64,000 bases of DNA from Chitinophagaceae bacterium (GCA_947380605.1 CANCRO010000002.1:11555-75554); one strand, 5' to 3'; shown: positions 39,638-50,070, counted from the stretch's first letter. Notes: generated by a model not told the origin, from the letters alone. Translations and numbers: made by a program.

Positions 39638-40858
39638 TTACGCATCTAATTCGCCTGCAATCAAATTCAAACTACTCATTGTAATTACTGCATCGCTTAA
39701 CATTCCACCTTGTACTAATTCTGGAAATGCTTGATAATAAATAAAACAAGGTCTGCGGAAATGAAGTCGATACGGAGATCTACCTCCATCACTGATCAGA
39801 TAAAATCCTAACTCACCATTTCCTCCTTCTACCGAACTATATAATTCGCCTGCAGGTATATCCGTTTCCCCCATCACAATTTTAAAATGATAAATTAAAG
39901 CCTCCATTTTAGTATACACATCCTTTTTCTCTGGCAAATAATAAGCAGGAGAATCTGCATGAAAAACTTCTGACTCGGCACCTTTAAATTCCTGCACTTT
40001 TTTATACGCCTGTTCAATCAAACTCAGACTTTGCCACATTTCTTGATTACGAACTAAAAAGCGATCATAACAATCTCCAGTCTTACCCACTGGTATAGTA
40101 AATTCAAGGTCTTGATAGGAGCTGTATGGTGTATGCACACGAACATCATAATCCACACCAGCTGCTCTTAAATTTGGACCTGTAAAGCCATAGTTTAGTG
40201 CCCTTTCAGCAGAAATAGCGCCTACACCAATGGTACGTTCCATAAAAATTCGATTACGATTAAACAAGGTTTCAAATTCCTTTAACTGCTTAGGATAAGT
40301 AGCCAGAAATTTTTCAAGTTTAACGAATGCAGTATTGGTGAAATTTCTTTCAAAGCCACCTATTCGACCGATATTAGTAGTAAGTCTTGAACCACAAACC
40401 TCTTCATAAATTTCATAAATCAATTCCCTAAACTGCATCAAATATAAAAAGCCAGAATAGGCACCACTATCTACTCCCACGATTGAATTACAAATCAAGT
40501 GATCTGAAATTCTAGCTAATTCCATAATGATGATTCGAAGGTAATCGACCCGCTTAGGCAACTCAACACCTAATAATTTTTCGCAGGTTATATGCCAACC
40601 CATATTATTAATGGGAGAAGAACAATAATTTAAACGATCGGTGATAGGAGTGATTTGATACAGCGGTCTTCTTTCAGCTAATTTTTCAAAAGCACGGTGA
40701 ATGTACCCCACCGTAGAAGTTGCTTTCAAAATTCGTTCTCCATCGAGCTCAAGAATATTTTGAAAAACGCCATGAGTAGCAGGGTGCGTAGGACCCAAAT
40801 TAAGGGTGGTAGTTTGTTTTTCAATACTTCCTTCCGGTAAAAGAATATGCTCACTCAT
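39638..40858 (-). CDS. nuoD: NADH-quinone oxidoreductase subunit D
   Basis: NLGPTHPATHG, GYIHRAFEK, DRLNY and GELDA C-terminus. Confidence 0.97.
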   Translation of the reverse strand: MSEHILLPEGSIEKQTTTLNLGPTHPATHGVFQNILELDGERILKATSTVGYIHRAFEKLAERRPLYQITPITDRLNYCSSPINNMGWHITCEKLLGVELPKRVDYLRIIIMELARISDHLICNSIVGVDSGAYSGFLYLMQFRELIYEIYEEVCGSRLTTNIGRIGGFERNFTNTAFVKLEKFLATYPKQLKEFETLFNRNRIFMERTIGVGAISAERALNYGFTGPNLRAAGVDYDVRVHTPYSSYQDLEFTIPVGKTGDCYDRFLVRNQEMWQSLSLIEQAYKKVQEFKGAESEVFHADSPAYYLPEKKDVYTKMEALIYHFKIVMGETDIPAGELYSSVEGGNGELGFYLISDGGRSPYRLHFRRPCFIYYQAFPELVQGGMLSDAVITMSSLNLIAGELDA

Positions 40859-40948
40859 TATTTGCCTTTACTATTTTTTAATTCTCTTTTAAAAATATTA
40901 TAACACCCTCACAACAATCAACCCACTCAACTTTATATAAATACTAAT

Positions 40949-41452
40949 TTATCTTCCAAACATCTCATCATCCTTATCTACTCTAGTCTGATCTTCTAAT
41001 GGAAATTCTTTGCGCATGGGGAAATAATCCATTTCATCCACATTTAAGATTCTAATTAAATTAGGATGGCCAGTAAAGTTTACTCCGAAAAAATCATAGG
41101 TTTCGCGTTCCATAAAATTAGCTGACTGATATAAAGCAGTCGCACTAAAAACATCCGGTTGGGCGATATCAGTAAAAACTTTAAATCGGATACGCACATT
41201 ATCAACCAAATTGTGCAAGTGATATACTACTGCTAACTCTTGGCCTTTTTTTGCAGGATAATGAACCGCTTGTAAATCAGTTAAAAAACGAAAATTTAAG
41301 GTAGGTTCATCGTATAAAAATTGTAACACTTTCAAATTGATTTCTTTTGGTGCAGTGAAAGTCAACATACCATAAGGTTCCTGCCAGTCGGTGAGTACAT
41401 CGCCAAATTTTCGGATAAGTGTTTGCTGTATTGTATCGTTATTTAGAGGCAT
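40949..41452 (-). CDS. nuoC: NADH-quinone oxidoreductase subunit C
   Basis: ERETYDFFG..F.GHPNL.RI and FPMRKEFPL motifs. Confidence 0.96.
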   Translation of the reverse strand: MPLNNDTIQQTLIRKFGDVLTDWQEPYGMLTFTAPKEINLKVLQFLYDEPTLNFRFLTDLQAVHYPAKKGQELAVVYHLHNLVDNVRIRFKVFTDIAQPDVFSATALYQSANFMERETYDFFGVNFTGHPNLIRILNVDEMDYFPMRKEFPLEDQTRVDKDDEMFGR

Positions 41453-41480
41453 CTTTTGTTACTTAATTCGCTTCAAATTT

Positions 41481-42044
41481 TTATTGTATTCCATAACTAG
41501 CTAGCAATTCCTTGTATTTATCGCCATTTCTTCTCCTTAAACTTTCTTGTCCAACTAATTCCTGTATTTTCAAAAATCCATCTAAAATAGCTTCTGGTCT
41601 TGGAGGACATCCTGGTACATAAACATCCACAGGAATTATCTGATCGATACCTTGCAATACAGAGTAGGTATCAAAAATACCACCGCTACAAGCGCATGCA
41701 CCCACAGACAAAACCCATCTAGGTTCGGCCATTTGTAAATAAACCTGTCTAAGAACGGGTCCCATTTTTTTAGAAATAGTTCCCATTACCATTAAAAGAT
41801 CACATTGACGAGGAGAAAAACCTACCCTTTCAGAACCGAATCTGGATAGATCATAATGACTAGCCATGGTAGCCATGAATTCAATTCCGCAGCAGGAAGT
41901 AGCAAAAGGTAATGGCCAAATAGAATTTTTGCGGGCGAGCCCTACCACCTTTTCAAAGGAAGTTGCCATAAAACCATCCCCCATCATTGCTTCGGGGGCT
42001 TCCACCATTTTCAACTTTGTATTATATTGTACAGGACGCGACAT
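41481..42044 (-). CDS. nuoB: NADH-quinone oxidoreductase subunit B
   Basis: TSCCGIE, SPRQ.D, GACACSGG and YVPGCPPRPE motifs. Confidence 0.97.
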   Translation of the reverse strand: MSRPVQYNTKLKMVEAPEAMMGDGFMATSFEKVVGLARKNSIWPLPFATSCCGIEFMATMASHYDLSRFGSERVGFSPRQCDLLMVMGTISKKMGPVLRQVYLQMAEPRWVLSVGACACSGGIFDTYSVLQGIDQIIPVDVYVPGCPPRPEAILDGFLKIQELVGQESLRRRNGDKYKELLASYGIQ

Positions 42045-42136
42045 AATTAATTTTTATAAGCAAATACACAATTATAAAATCTACCCTTCTTTAACAAAAT
42101 ACCGCACCCATTGTTTACTTAACCGCTACACAATTG

Positions 42137-42532
42137 CTAATCTTCCCAATTCAAAGCTCCTTTTTTTATGATATAGATTAATCCTGCTATAAATAAACCA
42201 ACAAACATGACCACCGCCATAAAGCCTTGCCAGCCTAAGGCTCTAAAATTTACCGCATAGGGATAGAAAAAAATAACTTCCACATCAAACAATACAAACA
42301 AAATGGCAACAAGAAAATATTTGATCGCCATCGGTTGACGAGCATTACCCTTTATTTCAATACCACTTTCGAAATTTTGAAGCTTATCACTGGTCTGTCT
42401 TTTAGGGCCAAAGCGATGGGTCAGAAGCATCATGGTAGCGATAAAACCAATCGCAAAAAATAATTGAATCCCTATAGGCAGATAATTGGAGGCGTTATTA
42501 CTATCTACAGCTTGAAGTATGAAGAATTTCAT
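42137..42532 (-). CDS. nuoA: NADH-quinone oxidoreductase subunit A
   Basis: FESG, YFLVAILFVLFDVE and KGAL.WE motifs. Start trimmed to the ATG at 42532, directly behind a consensus promoter. Confidence 0.95.
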   Translation of the reverse strand: MKFFILQAVDSNNASNYLPIGIQLFFAIGFIATMMLLTHRFGPKRQTSDKLQNFESGIEIKGNARQPMAIKYFLVAILFVLFDVEVIFFYPYAVNFRALGWQGFMAVVMFVGLFIAGLIYIIKKGALNWED

Positions 42533-42536
42533 TTTG

Positions 42537-42567
42537 CAAAAGTACGTTAGGAGGAGCAAATAACAAA
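42537..42567 (-). promoter_or_regulatory. Consensus promoter of the nuo operon
   Basis: TTTG (42567-42564), a 19-nt spacer, TACTTTTG (42544-42537), then 4 nt to the ATG. Confidence 0.8.
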
Positions 42568-42579
42568 CTTAGGTTTGGT

Positions 42580-42613
42580 AAAAAATATCCCCCTTTTGAA
42601 TAAAAGGGGGATA
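42580..42613 (-). terminator. Intrinsic terminator after the TPR gene
   Basis: 12-bp perfect stem TATCCCCCTTTT/AAAAGGGGGATA with a 4-nt loop, followed by T6 on the minus strand. Confidence 0.85.
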
Positions 42614-42636
42614 ACATTATTTTTATATATTTCTAC

Positions 42637-44385
42637 TTATTGTTTGGCAGCTGGACTCGTTTGCTTTGGCTTATCCCCTGCCGGCTTAGTGGCAGCTGGC
42701 TTTGTAGGTTTAGAAGCCGGAGCTGCTGGAGCAGCTGGAGTCGGAGTCGGGTTCATATTCATATTTGCAATGGCTGCCTTATTACTCGTAGCCTCAGCAT
42801 CAGCAGGATCAACTACTAATACGCTATCACAATAAGCAATAGCAGCAGCTTTATCCTTCTTAATATTGGCATAATAGGCTACAAAATATTTATAACTACC
42901 AATCAATTGGTTCTTGTTTTTCACTTTGTCAGCTTGACCAACTTCTATCACCTTTTGAAAGGCTGGATTGGCTAAACCCTGTTCCATGGTAGTATCAATT
43001 GCCCAATAAGACTTTCCAATCATATAATAACTGAAAACATCATCAGGAAATCTTTTACTATAACGATTAAATACATCTATAGAAGTGGTATAATTACCTG
43101 ACCTAAAGTAGTTGTATCCTGCATAATATAAATCAGTTTTTGTTGGATCTTTTTTTAATGTAGTAATTTTTGCATACCAATCAGCTGCAGTTTTATACTT
43201 TTTTTGATTTTCAAAATAAAGAGCAGTTGTTTTTAGATAAGCAACTTTAGATGATTCAAGCGTATCTAATTCAACCGCTTTGTCAATATAAATACCTGCT
43301 AAAGAATCATTGCCAGGTAATTTAAATAACACATTGGCATAGGTAGCATAGTCACCACTTCCTATTTGACTTTGCTCTGCTTTGGCGATATAATTTTCAA
43401 AAGCTTTCCTTGCACTAACAGAATCACCTAAACGGTTAAAAGCATATCCTTGAATACCAAATAATTTAGGGTAAGGGCTAGAAGAACCTGCGATACATTG
43501 GTCAGCCATTGTGATAGCGTCTTTAAACAAACCTTGTGCATACTTCATAGAAGCTCTGTAGTAGCAATTCTTAGGGTCATCATCAGTGTTCGCCAAGTAT
43601 TTATCAAGATAAAGAGCTGACTTAGTTACTTCAATATTATAATACAAATCAGACAAGTTTTTATAAACGGGTGCATAGGCTGGATCTTTCTCAATAGCTT
43701 CATTGAAGTATTTCATATAAATCTCTTCCTGACCAGCACCTTGTGTTTGATAAATTTTGCCGATTCTATAAATTGCCCTTGCATACTTCGGGTCAATATT
43801 TAATGCTGATTGATATGAAATTTGTGCATTTCCACCATCCAACATTTTTTTATAGGCATCCCCCATATAAATATATACAGAGGGCTCTTTAAACTTTTTT
43901 AAATTGGTAGCAATTTTTAATTTTTCGATTCCGTAAGCTGGATCTGCATATTTGTTATCATAGTCTGAGTTGGCCATCCCTACTGCAGTTAATACTAACA
44001 AATCTTTATTTTGACTTAAAGAAAGTGCTGTTTCGAAACGATTGCGAGCGTCTTGAGTTTTGCCTTCATGCAACTCTACATTTCCCATCGCTGCAATCAA
44101 CAAAGCGCTATTACTATTGGCTTCTAATGCCTTACGATAAATCTCTTTAGCTTCCCCTAATGATTTAGTAGAATAATCAGCACCCGCCATTATGGAGATA
44201 CCCAACCAATAAACTGCCTCTGGATTAACAGGAGCAACTTCCACTAATTTTTGAAAAACATTTTTAGCACTTTGGTACCTTTCATAATACATAAATTTCT
44301 TACCCTCCTCCAATGTTTGGGCTTTCATAGTGCTTGAAAGCAATAGGGCAAATAACGCAAGTAATCCAAATTTAATACTACTCAT
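42637..44385 (-). CDS. Exported tetratricopeptide repeat protein
   Basis: Signal peptide MKA|Q, multiple TPR-like helical repeats and a Pro/Ala/Lys-rich tail. Confidence 0.85.
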   Translation of the reverse strand: MSSIKFGLLALFALLLSSTMKAQTLEEGKKFMYYERYQSAKNVFQKLVEVAPVNPEAVYWLGISIMAGADYSTKSLGEAKEIYRKALEANSNSALLIAAMGNVELHEGKTQDARNRFETALSLSQNKDLLVLTAVGMANSDYDNKYADPAYGIEKLKIATNLKKFKEPSVYIYMGDAYKKMLDGGNAQISYQSALNIDPKYARAIYRIGKIYQTQGAGQEEIYMKYFNEAIEKDPAYAPVYKNLSDLYYNIEVTKSALYLDKYLANTDDDPKNCYYRASMKYAQGLFKDAITMADQCIAGSSSPYPKLFGIQGYAFNRLGDSVSARKAFENYIAKAEQSQIGSGDYATYANVLFKLPGNDSLAGIYIDKAVELDTLESSKVAYLKTTALYFENQKKYKTAADWYAKITTLKKDPTKTDLYYAGYNYFRSGNYTTSIDVFNRYSKRFPDDVFSYYMIGKSYWAIDTTMEQGLANPAFQKVIEVGQADKVKNKNQLIGSYKYFVAYYANIKKDKAAAIAYCDSVLVVDPADAEATSNKAAIANMNMNPTPTPAAPAAPASKPTKPAATKPAGDKPKQTSPAAKQ

Positions 44386-44453
44386 TTCCTTTCTTTTTTT
44401 TTGACTTTACAATGATATTAATTTATACTCAAAACTATTTCAAATGTTCATTT

Positions 44454-45407
44454 TTATTTTGGTAATTTTTCATTAATCTGCACATTCCGAATGCCAAATC
44501 CTATTTTACTAGGCCCTAAATAAGCTCTTCTGAAAATTAATTGCCCCCTTTCATATTGTAAAAAATTTAAAAACCCCGACCCTAAACCTGAATAATTTTC
44601 TCTCAGAATATAATACAAACCACGAATGAGCGGATATCTTTTAGTCATGATACCATACTGGGTTGGTTTAACATAAGGGGAATCGGAACAATAGTCACAT
44701 TTAACATAAACCATTTTTAGCTTTTGCAACATTTTCACCTGCGCTGAATCCTCTGGGTTCCCAATCCAGCTTATTCCCACTAATCCAATGGCATTTTCAT
44801 TAGCTGCAACATAATCTAAAACTCCCTGACTATTTTTAACCGCTCTCACCACACTGGTGTCAAATTTTGACCCCTTCAATATACTGTCAATTGCAAACCT
44901 CACCGTACTCGTAGCGTTTAATCCGTCGAAAATAATTTGTTGCTTTTTTCCCATCAACCCAGTCAACTGCTGCTGCAATCTTTGAAGGGTAAAAATGGTA
45001 TCGGTACTTTTTTTATTGACTACAATCGCAATAGCATCGGTTGCCAGCTCATCCCAACGAGGAAAATAATGTACGGATTGCTTAAAATAATCTTCTTCCT
45101 TTCTTGTTAATCCCCTCGTTACGATGACCATTTTGGTAAGGGAATCGGAAAGAATATCATTTAAACAAGCAGACTCCGATTGGTAATGGGCTATAATTTT
45201 AGCATCAGGATAGGCGCCTTCAAATACTTTAATTTGTTCCTCCATGATCGGTTGATACGACTCATCCACACTGATATGAAGTACGCCACTAGTAAGCGTA
45301 TCCGTTGCTTGCACCTGCTTTTTGGAATTACATTGAGTCATTCCAAGAAACAAAATGAGCAAACATCCCCAACTTACCATACTATTTTTTCTGTTCCACC
45401 TATTCAT
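44454..45407 (-). CDS. PstS-like periplasmic binding lipoprotein
   Basis: Lipoprotein-type signal (MTQC), ISVDESY.PI, DAIAIVVN, NATSTVR and YPL.R.LY motifs. Confidence 0.82.
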   Translation of the reverse strand: MNRWNRKNSMVSWGCLLILFLGMTQCNSKKQVQATDTLTSGVLHISVDESYQPIMEEQIKVFEGAYPDAKIIAHYQSESACLNDILSDSLTKMVIVTRGLTRKEEDYFKQSVHYFPRWDELATDAIAIVVNKKSTDTIFTLQRLQQQLTGLMGKKQQIIFDGLNATSTVRFAIDSILKGSKFDTSVVRAVKNSQGVLDYVAANENAIGLVGISWIGNPEDSAQVKMLQKLKMVYVKCDYCSDSPYVKPTQYGIMTKRYPLIRGLYYILRENYSGLGSGFLNFLQYERGQLIFRRAYLGPSKIGFGIRNVQINEKLPK

Positions 45408-45658
45408 CAGTCTCTGAAATAATTTTTCTTATACCCTCTATACATTCTAAATCCTCCATACAACCAGCATATCACTGCAAATATTTTTATTAATTCAGGA
45501 TCATATTGATTGATAAAACTTTGCGTCAACTTAACAGGAAACATGAAGAAAAAACCAACGAGTATCATAAAGAAACCCATCCCATAATTAGTGATTGAGC
45601 GCATACGGATAAAACCCTTATCCCTTTCGCTAAGCTTTTCGTTTTCTAATTCTGCCAT
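45407..45658 (-). CDS. Small two-TM hypothetical membrane protein
   Basis: Two hydrophobic segments and a YG.FR.YRGY C-terminus. Its TGA overlaps the pstS-like ATG (TGATG). Confidence 0.75.
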   Translation of the reverse strand: MAELENEKLSERDKGFIRMRSITNYGMGFFMILVGFFFMFPVKLTQSFINQYDPELIKIFAVICWLYGGFRMYRGYKKNYFRD

Positions 45659-46010
45659 AGGTATTGTTTTTTAAAAGCGACGTATTAAAAAAATATTGAT
45701 ACATCCCTTCTGCAATAAGGGCAAATTACAAAATAAATGATTGAAAATGACCATCGTCTCATAAACTTAACTTTACTGAAATCATACCTAAGACCCTAGC
45801 TTTCTTTATAGTTGACTGTTTGCCAAACTTATAGTTCCAAAATAATACTACATTCCTTACAAAAAATAAGAGCTAATTAGCAAAATTTTACAATAACAGG
45901 ACGCCAATTCCTCTCTTTTCAATTCATTTAGAAATGATTATTGAGAAAATGTACATAAGAAATTCTAACTGTTGCCCCCTGCTGCTTACTAGTTTATTCC
46001 CCTAAGGGCT

Positions 46011-46018
46011 TATATTTG
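46011..46018 (+). promoter_or_regulatory. -7 promoter element for the LMW-PTP gene
   Basis: TATATTTG, 4 nt before the ATG. Confidence 0.7.
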
Positions 46019-46022
46019 CTGC

Positions 46023-46481
46023 ATGACAATTTTGATGGTATGCCTAGGTAATATTTGCCGAAGTCCATTGGCAGAAGGAATTCTGCAACAAAAATGTAAG
46101 GAGGCAGGATTAAATTGGAAAATAGATAGTGCTGGCACTAATGGATTTCATAATGGTGAGGCACCTCACTTCTTGTCACAAAAAGTGGCTAGTATGAACG
46201 GTGTATACATTAGTGATCAGCAATCAAGAAAATTTATTCTAGAAGATTTTAAGCGATTTGACAAAATCTATGCAATGGCATTAGATGTAAAAGAAGAAAT
46301 AAAGGAGATAGGTAAAGATCAGTACATTTCATCCAAAGTTGATCTACTAATGAATGAAGTTTACCCTGGTCAAAACAAGGAGGTACCCGATCCATTTTAT
46401 GGAGCAGAAGATGGATACCACCGTGTTTATGAAATGATCGAAATTGCCTGCGATGCAATTATAAAAAATCATGCTAATTGA
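46023..46481 (+). CDS. Low molecular weight protein-tyrosine phosphatase
   Basis: VCLGNICRS P-loop and VPDPFYG. Confidence 0.95.
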   Translation: MTILMVCLGNICRSPLAEGILQQKCKEAGLNWKIDSAGTNGFHNGEAPHFLSQKVASMNGVYISDQQSRKFILEDFKRFDKIYAMALDVKEEIKEIGKDQYISSKVDLLMNEVYPGQNKEVPDPFYGAEDGYHRVYEMIEIACDAIIKNHAN

Positions 46482-46542
46482 TCGATTGAATGCATCAGCT
46501 TTTTTGAACAGGCTATTACAATATTTTAATTAAGAAACAATC

Positions 46543-47907
46543 ATGGCCAAACCAAGTATTCCCCAAGGAACTAGGGATTTTTCAGCAACGGTAGTCAACA
46601 AAAGAAACTATATTTTATCCACTATCAAAAGTGTATTTGAGTTGTATGGCTTTGAACCACTGGAAACTCCTGCTATGGAGAATTTAGAAACATTGATGGG
46701 CAAATATGGTGAAGAAGGTGATAAGCTGATTTTTAAAATATTAAATAACGGAATCAATAATCCAAAAAATATTGAGAAATCAACCTTAGGTTTTGAAAAA
46801 GCATTGATTGGTAAAAGCAGTAGCGAACTTACCGAAAGAGCATTAAAATACGATTTAACAATTCCCTTTGCCAGATATGTGGCAATGAATCACGGCAAAC
46901 TCACCTTTCCCTTTAGACGCTATCAGATTCAACCTGTTTGGCGTGCAGATCGGCCTCAAAAAGGACGTTACAGAGAATTTACACAATGCGATGCCGATAT
47001 TGTTGGAAGTACAGCATTACTCAATGAGGTTGAATTAGCTAATATCTATCACCAGGTATTTATGCAGCTAGGGCTTTCAGGTTATACACTCAAAATTAAT
47101 AGTCGAAAAATTTTAAGTGCATTAGCTCAATTGTGTGGAGGAGCCGAAAAAATGATGGACATCACCATTGCTATTGACAAATTAGATAAAATTGGATTGG
47201 ATAAAGTAAAAGAGGAATTGACTGAAAGAAATCTTTCAACAGAACAGATTAGTATCATAGAAAAATATTTATTGATCACTGGTACCAATGAAGAAAAATT
47301 AGCTCAAATAAAATCATTAGTAGGTAATCTAGCAATTGGTAAGGAAGGAATTAATGAAGTAGCCTTTTTATTTCACCAAACTAGTAATGTAAACCTAGCC
47401 ATTGACTTCACCCTTGCTAGAGGATTGAATTATTATACAGGAATCATTTTTGAGGCAAAAGCTCCTGCTGAAGTTCAAATGGGAAGTATTGGAGGTGGAG
47501 GTAGGTATGATGATTTAACTAGTTTATTTGATGTGCCTGGCATTGCGGGAGTAGGTATAAGTTTTGGAGTAGATAGAATTTATGATGTATTGGAAGAGCT
47601 TCAGCTTTTCCCTAATGATATAGAAAAGGGTTCTAAAGCCATCTTCTTTAATATGGGAGAAGCCGAATCCCTTTTTGCATTTAGCATCATGCAGCAATTA
47701 AGAGCAAAGGGTGTTTCCTGCGAAATGTTTCATGAATTTTCAAAGATTGCCAAACAATTCAGCTATGCTGAGAAAAAAAATATTGAATACGCAATCATAA
47801 TTGGAAGTAAAGAAATAGAAGATAAACAATGTCTAGTGAAAAACTTAAGTTCTGGGGTCCAAGAAGTAGTTACACTTGAAAACCTAGCCACTTTCTTTAA
47901 TAAATAA
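46543..47907 (+). CDS. hisS: Histidine--tRNA ligase
   Basis: GTRDF, LKYDLT.PFARY, GRYREFTQCDAD, LARGLNYYTG and GGGRYD motifs. Confidence 0.97.
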   Translation: MAKPSIPQGTRDFSATVVNKRNYILSTIKSVFELYGFEPLETPAMENLETLMGKYGEEGDKLIFKILNNGINNPKNIEKSTLGFEKALIGKSSSELTERALKYDLTIPFARYVAMNHGKLTFPFRRYQIQPVWRADRPQKGRYREFTQCDADIVGSTALLNEVELANIYHQVFMQLGLSGYTLKINSRKILSALAQLCGGAEKMMDITIAIDKLDKIGLDKVKEELTERNLSTEQISIIEKYLLITGTNEEKLAQIKSLVGNLAIGKEGINEVAFLFHQTSNVNLAIDFTLARGLNYYTGIIFEAKAPAEVQMGSIGGGGRYDDLTSLFDVPGIAGVGISFGVDRIYDVLEELQLFPNDIEKGSKAIFFNMGEAESLFAFSIMQQLRAKGVSCEMFHEFSKIAKQFSYAEKKNIEYAIIIGSKEIEDKQCLVKNLSSGVQEVVTLENLATFFNK

Positions 47908-48011
47908 ATCTCCCTTCAATAAGCCACTTTATTTAATTTGCCTCCACCATTTAAAGTCCTTTACAATTTATTTGACCAATGGGCTTCATTGGGCAATACA
48001 GTAAGTTAAGG

Positions 48012-48019
48012 TATCTTTG
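48012..48019 (+). promoter_or_regulatory. -7 promoter element for rlmN
   Basis: TATCTTTG, 4 nt before the ATG at 48024, with TTG 20 nt upstream. Confidence 0.7.
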
Positions 48020-48023
48020 CACC

Positions 48024-49070
48024 ATGACATCAGCAAAACAGAATATTCGCCACTTGAGTTTAGAGGAGTTAACTAAACATTTTGAGACGATCGGCGAAAA
48101 AAAATTTCGTACCAAGCAGGTACATGAATGGCTTTGGAAAAAAAATGCGCAAAGCTTTGAGGATATGACAGATATTTCCAAAGAACTGCGTGCTCATTTA
48201 GCTGAAAAATTTGAGTTACCCTCACTAAAAGTAAATACCACTCAATTTAGTAGTGATGGAACTGTTAAATCAAGGTTCATGACCTTTGATGGTCACATGA
48301 TTGAGGGTGTTTTGATTCCTACTGAAAAACGAAATACTGCCTGCGTATCCTCTCAAATAGGTTGCAGCTTAAGCTGCAAATTTTGTGCTACGGGTACTAT
48401 GGAAAGAAAAAGGAATTTAGATTATGATGAGATATACAACCAAGTAGCTTTTATCAATCAGCAATCTGAAAAAACATTTGATAAAAAACTTTCGAATGTT
48501 GTTTTTATGGGCATGGGAGAGCCGCTATTGAATTACAAAAATGTTTTAAAAGCAATTGATAAATTAATCGCTAATGATGGCATGGCGATGAGCCCTAAAA
48601 GAATTACCGTGTCCACCGCAGGGGTAGCAAAACAAATTAAACAATTGGGTGATGATAAGGTAAGATTTAATCTAGCCCTTTCACTTCATGCTGCGGATGA
48701 CAAAAAAAGAAATCAGATCATGCCCATCAACGAAAGCAATAGTATCGATACCTTGGTAGAAGCGTTAAATTATTTTTATGATAAAACTAAAAATGATATT
48801 ACGCTAGAGTACATTCTTTTTAAAGATCTAAATGATTCTATTGAAGATGCAGAGGCCTTAACAAAAATTTACAGAAAAATACCTACCCATCTTGTAAATG
48901 TAATTGAGTACAATACGATTGAAGGTGCAAAATTCACCAAACCTGATGAAGATACCACCCAAAGATTTACAGATTACTTAGCAAAAAACAGGGTAAACGT
49001 TCGAGTGAGAAGAAGCCGTGGAAAAGACATTGATGCGGCTTGCGGTCAACTTGCCAACAAAGGAAAATAA
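48024..49070 (+). CDS. rlmN: 23S rRNA (adenine2503-C2)-methyltransferase RlmN
   Basis: CVSSQIGCSLSCKFC radical-SAM motif, FMGMGEPL and DIDAACGQL. Start trimmed to 48024. Confidence 0.97.
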   Translation: MTSAKQNIRHLSLEELTKHFETIGEKKFRTKQVHEWLWKKNAQSFEDMTDISKELRAHLAEKFELPSLKVNTTQFSSDGTVKSRFMTFDGHMIEGVLIPTEKRNTACVSSQIGCSLSCKFCATGTMERKRNLDYDEIYNQVAFINQQSEKTFDKKLSNVVFMGMGEPLLNYKNVLKAIDKLIANDGMAMSPKRITVSTAGVAKQIKQLGDDKVRFNLALSLHAADDKKRNQIMPINESNSIDTLVEALNYFYDKTKNDITLEYILFKDLNDSIEDAEALTKIYRKIPTHLVNVIEYNTIEGAKFTKPDEDTTQRFTDYLAKNRVNVRVRRSRGKDIDAACGQLANKGK

Positions 49071-49277
49071 ATTTTCTGCGCTACTAATAGCATTGCTTTT
49101 ATAAATGCCCCATAGATATGGGGCATTATTTTTTTAAACCTCTTTCAACTATTTCACTGGTTATTAATTGTTCATTTCTATCTAACAAAATAAATATTTC
49201 TATATTTTTTTTGTTAGTAATTAAACCTTTGGCATTGATCATAGTCTATTATTTTGAACCATTTAAAAATAAACACT

Positions 49278-49889
49278 ATGAAAAAGTTTTTTATCGGTGC
49301 AATAGCCACCACCATTTGTTTTTCAACCTCATTTGCGCAAAAGTTACAAAAAAACAATCGACCTCACCATCCAATGCAAACAGCAGGAAAAATGAAAGCA
49401 TTGAATCTGTCTACTAGTCAAAAAGAACAGTTGAAAGCAGCGAGACAAAATACGAATACCCAGTTAGCAGCGCTTAATAAAAATGATCAAATGACTGTAA
49501 AAGATTTTAAGGAAAGTAAAGCAGCAATCCTTCAATCACAGAAGCAACAAATGGCGGGCATTTTGACAGAAGATCAAAAAAATCAATTAGCACAAAACAA
49601 ACCTTTATCCAATGATCCAAGGGGTAATAAAGCTGGAGTAAACCTAGGTAAAATGAAAGAAAATCTTGGTCTTTCTGATAATCAAGTGACACAAATAAAA
49701 GCTAATCGAGAAGCAGAACTAGCTAAAATAAAAGCGATCAGAGATAATAGCTCGTTAAGTATATCAGAGAAGAGAGAACAGTTGAAGTCAATCAGGGAAG
49801 AACAAAAAAATAATTTTTCTGATATTTTATCTCTTGAACAATTAATTAAAATAGAAGACGCAAGAAAAGAAAGAAGAGCTGGCCAATAA
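49278..49889 (+). CDS. Periplasmic protein with two tandem Spy/CpxP-like (LTxxQ) repeats
   Basis: Signal peptide TSFA|Q; repeats LNLSTSQKEQL...ILTEDQ and LGLSDNQVTQI...ILSLEQ. Confidence 0.7.
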   Translation: MKKFFIGAIATTICFSTSFAQKLQKNNRPHHPMQTAGKMKALNLSTSQKEQLKAARQNTNTQLAALNKNDQMTVKDFKESKAAILQSQKQQMAGILTEDQKNQLAQNKPLSNDPRGNKAGVNLGKMKENLGLSDNQVTQIKANREAELAKIKAIRDNSSLSISEKREQLKSIREEQKNNFSDILSLEQLIKIEDARKERRAGQ

Positions 49890-49908
49890 ATCATTAAACC
49901 CCTATGAC

Positions 49909-49942
49909 AAAGCGGTCTATCAGATGGTAGACCGCTTTTTTT
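49909..49942 (+). terminator. Intrinsic terminator
   Basis: AAAGCGGTCTATC-AGAT-GGTAGACCGCTTT stem with one G-U pair, followed by a T run. Confidence 0.85.
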
Positions 49943-50070
49943 ATAGCGTACAATTAAGTAAAAAGGGGATTACTACAAAAATAAAAATCGATCAAAAGTA
50001 TTAACCCCGCCAAAATAAAGTTTACCTTCGCCACTCACCCCTGTTGTAATAACAGTAAAACACTTCAAAA

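Noticed and set aside
49241-49250. ATAGTCTATT, identical to the left arm of the putative Rrf2 operator, upstream of the Spy-like gene
   Set aside because: There is no TAGACT right arm at the proper spacing, so it is probably a chance 10-mer.
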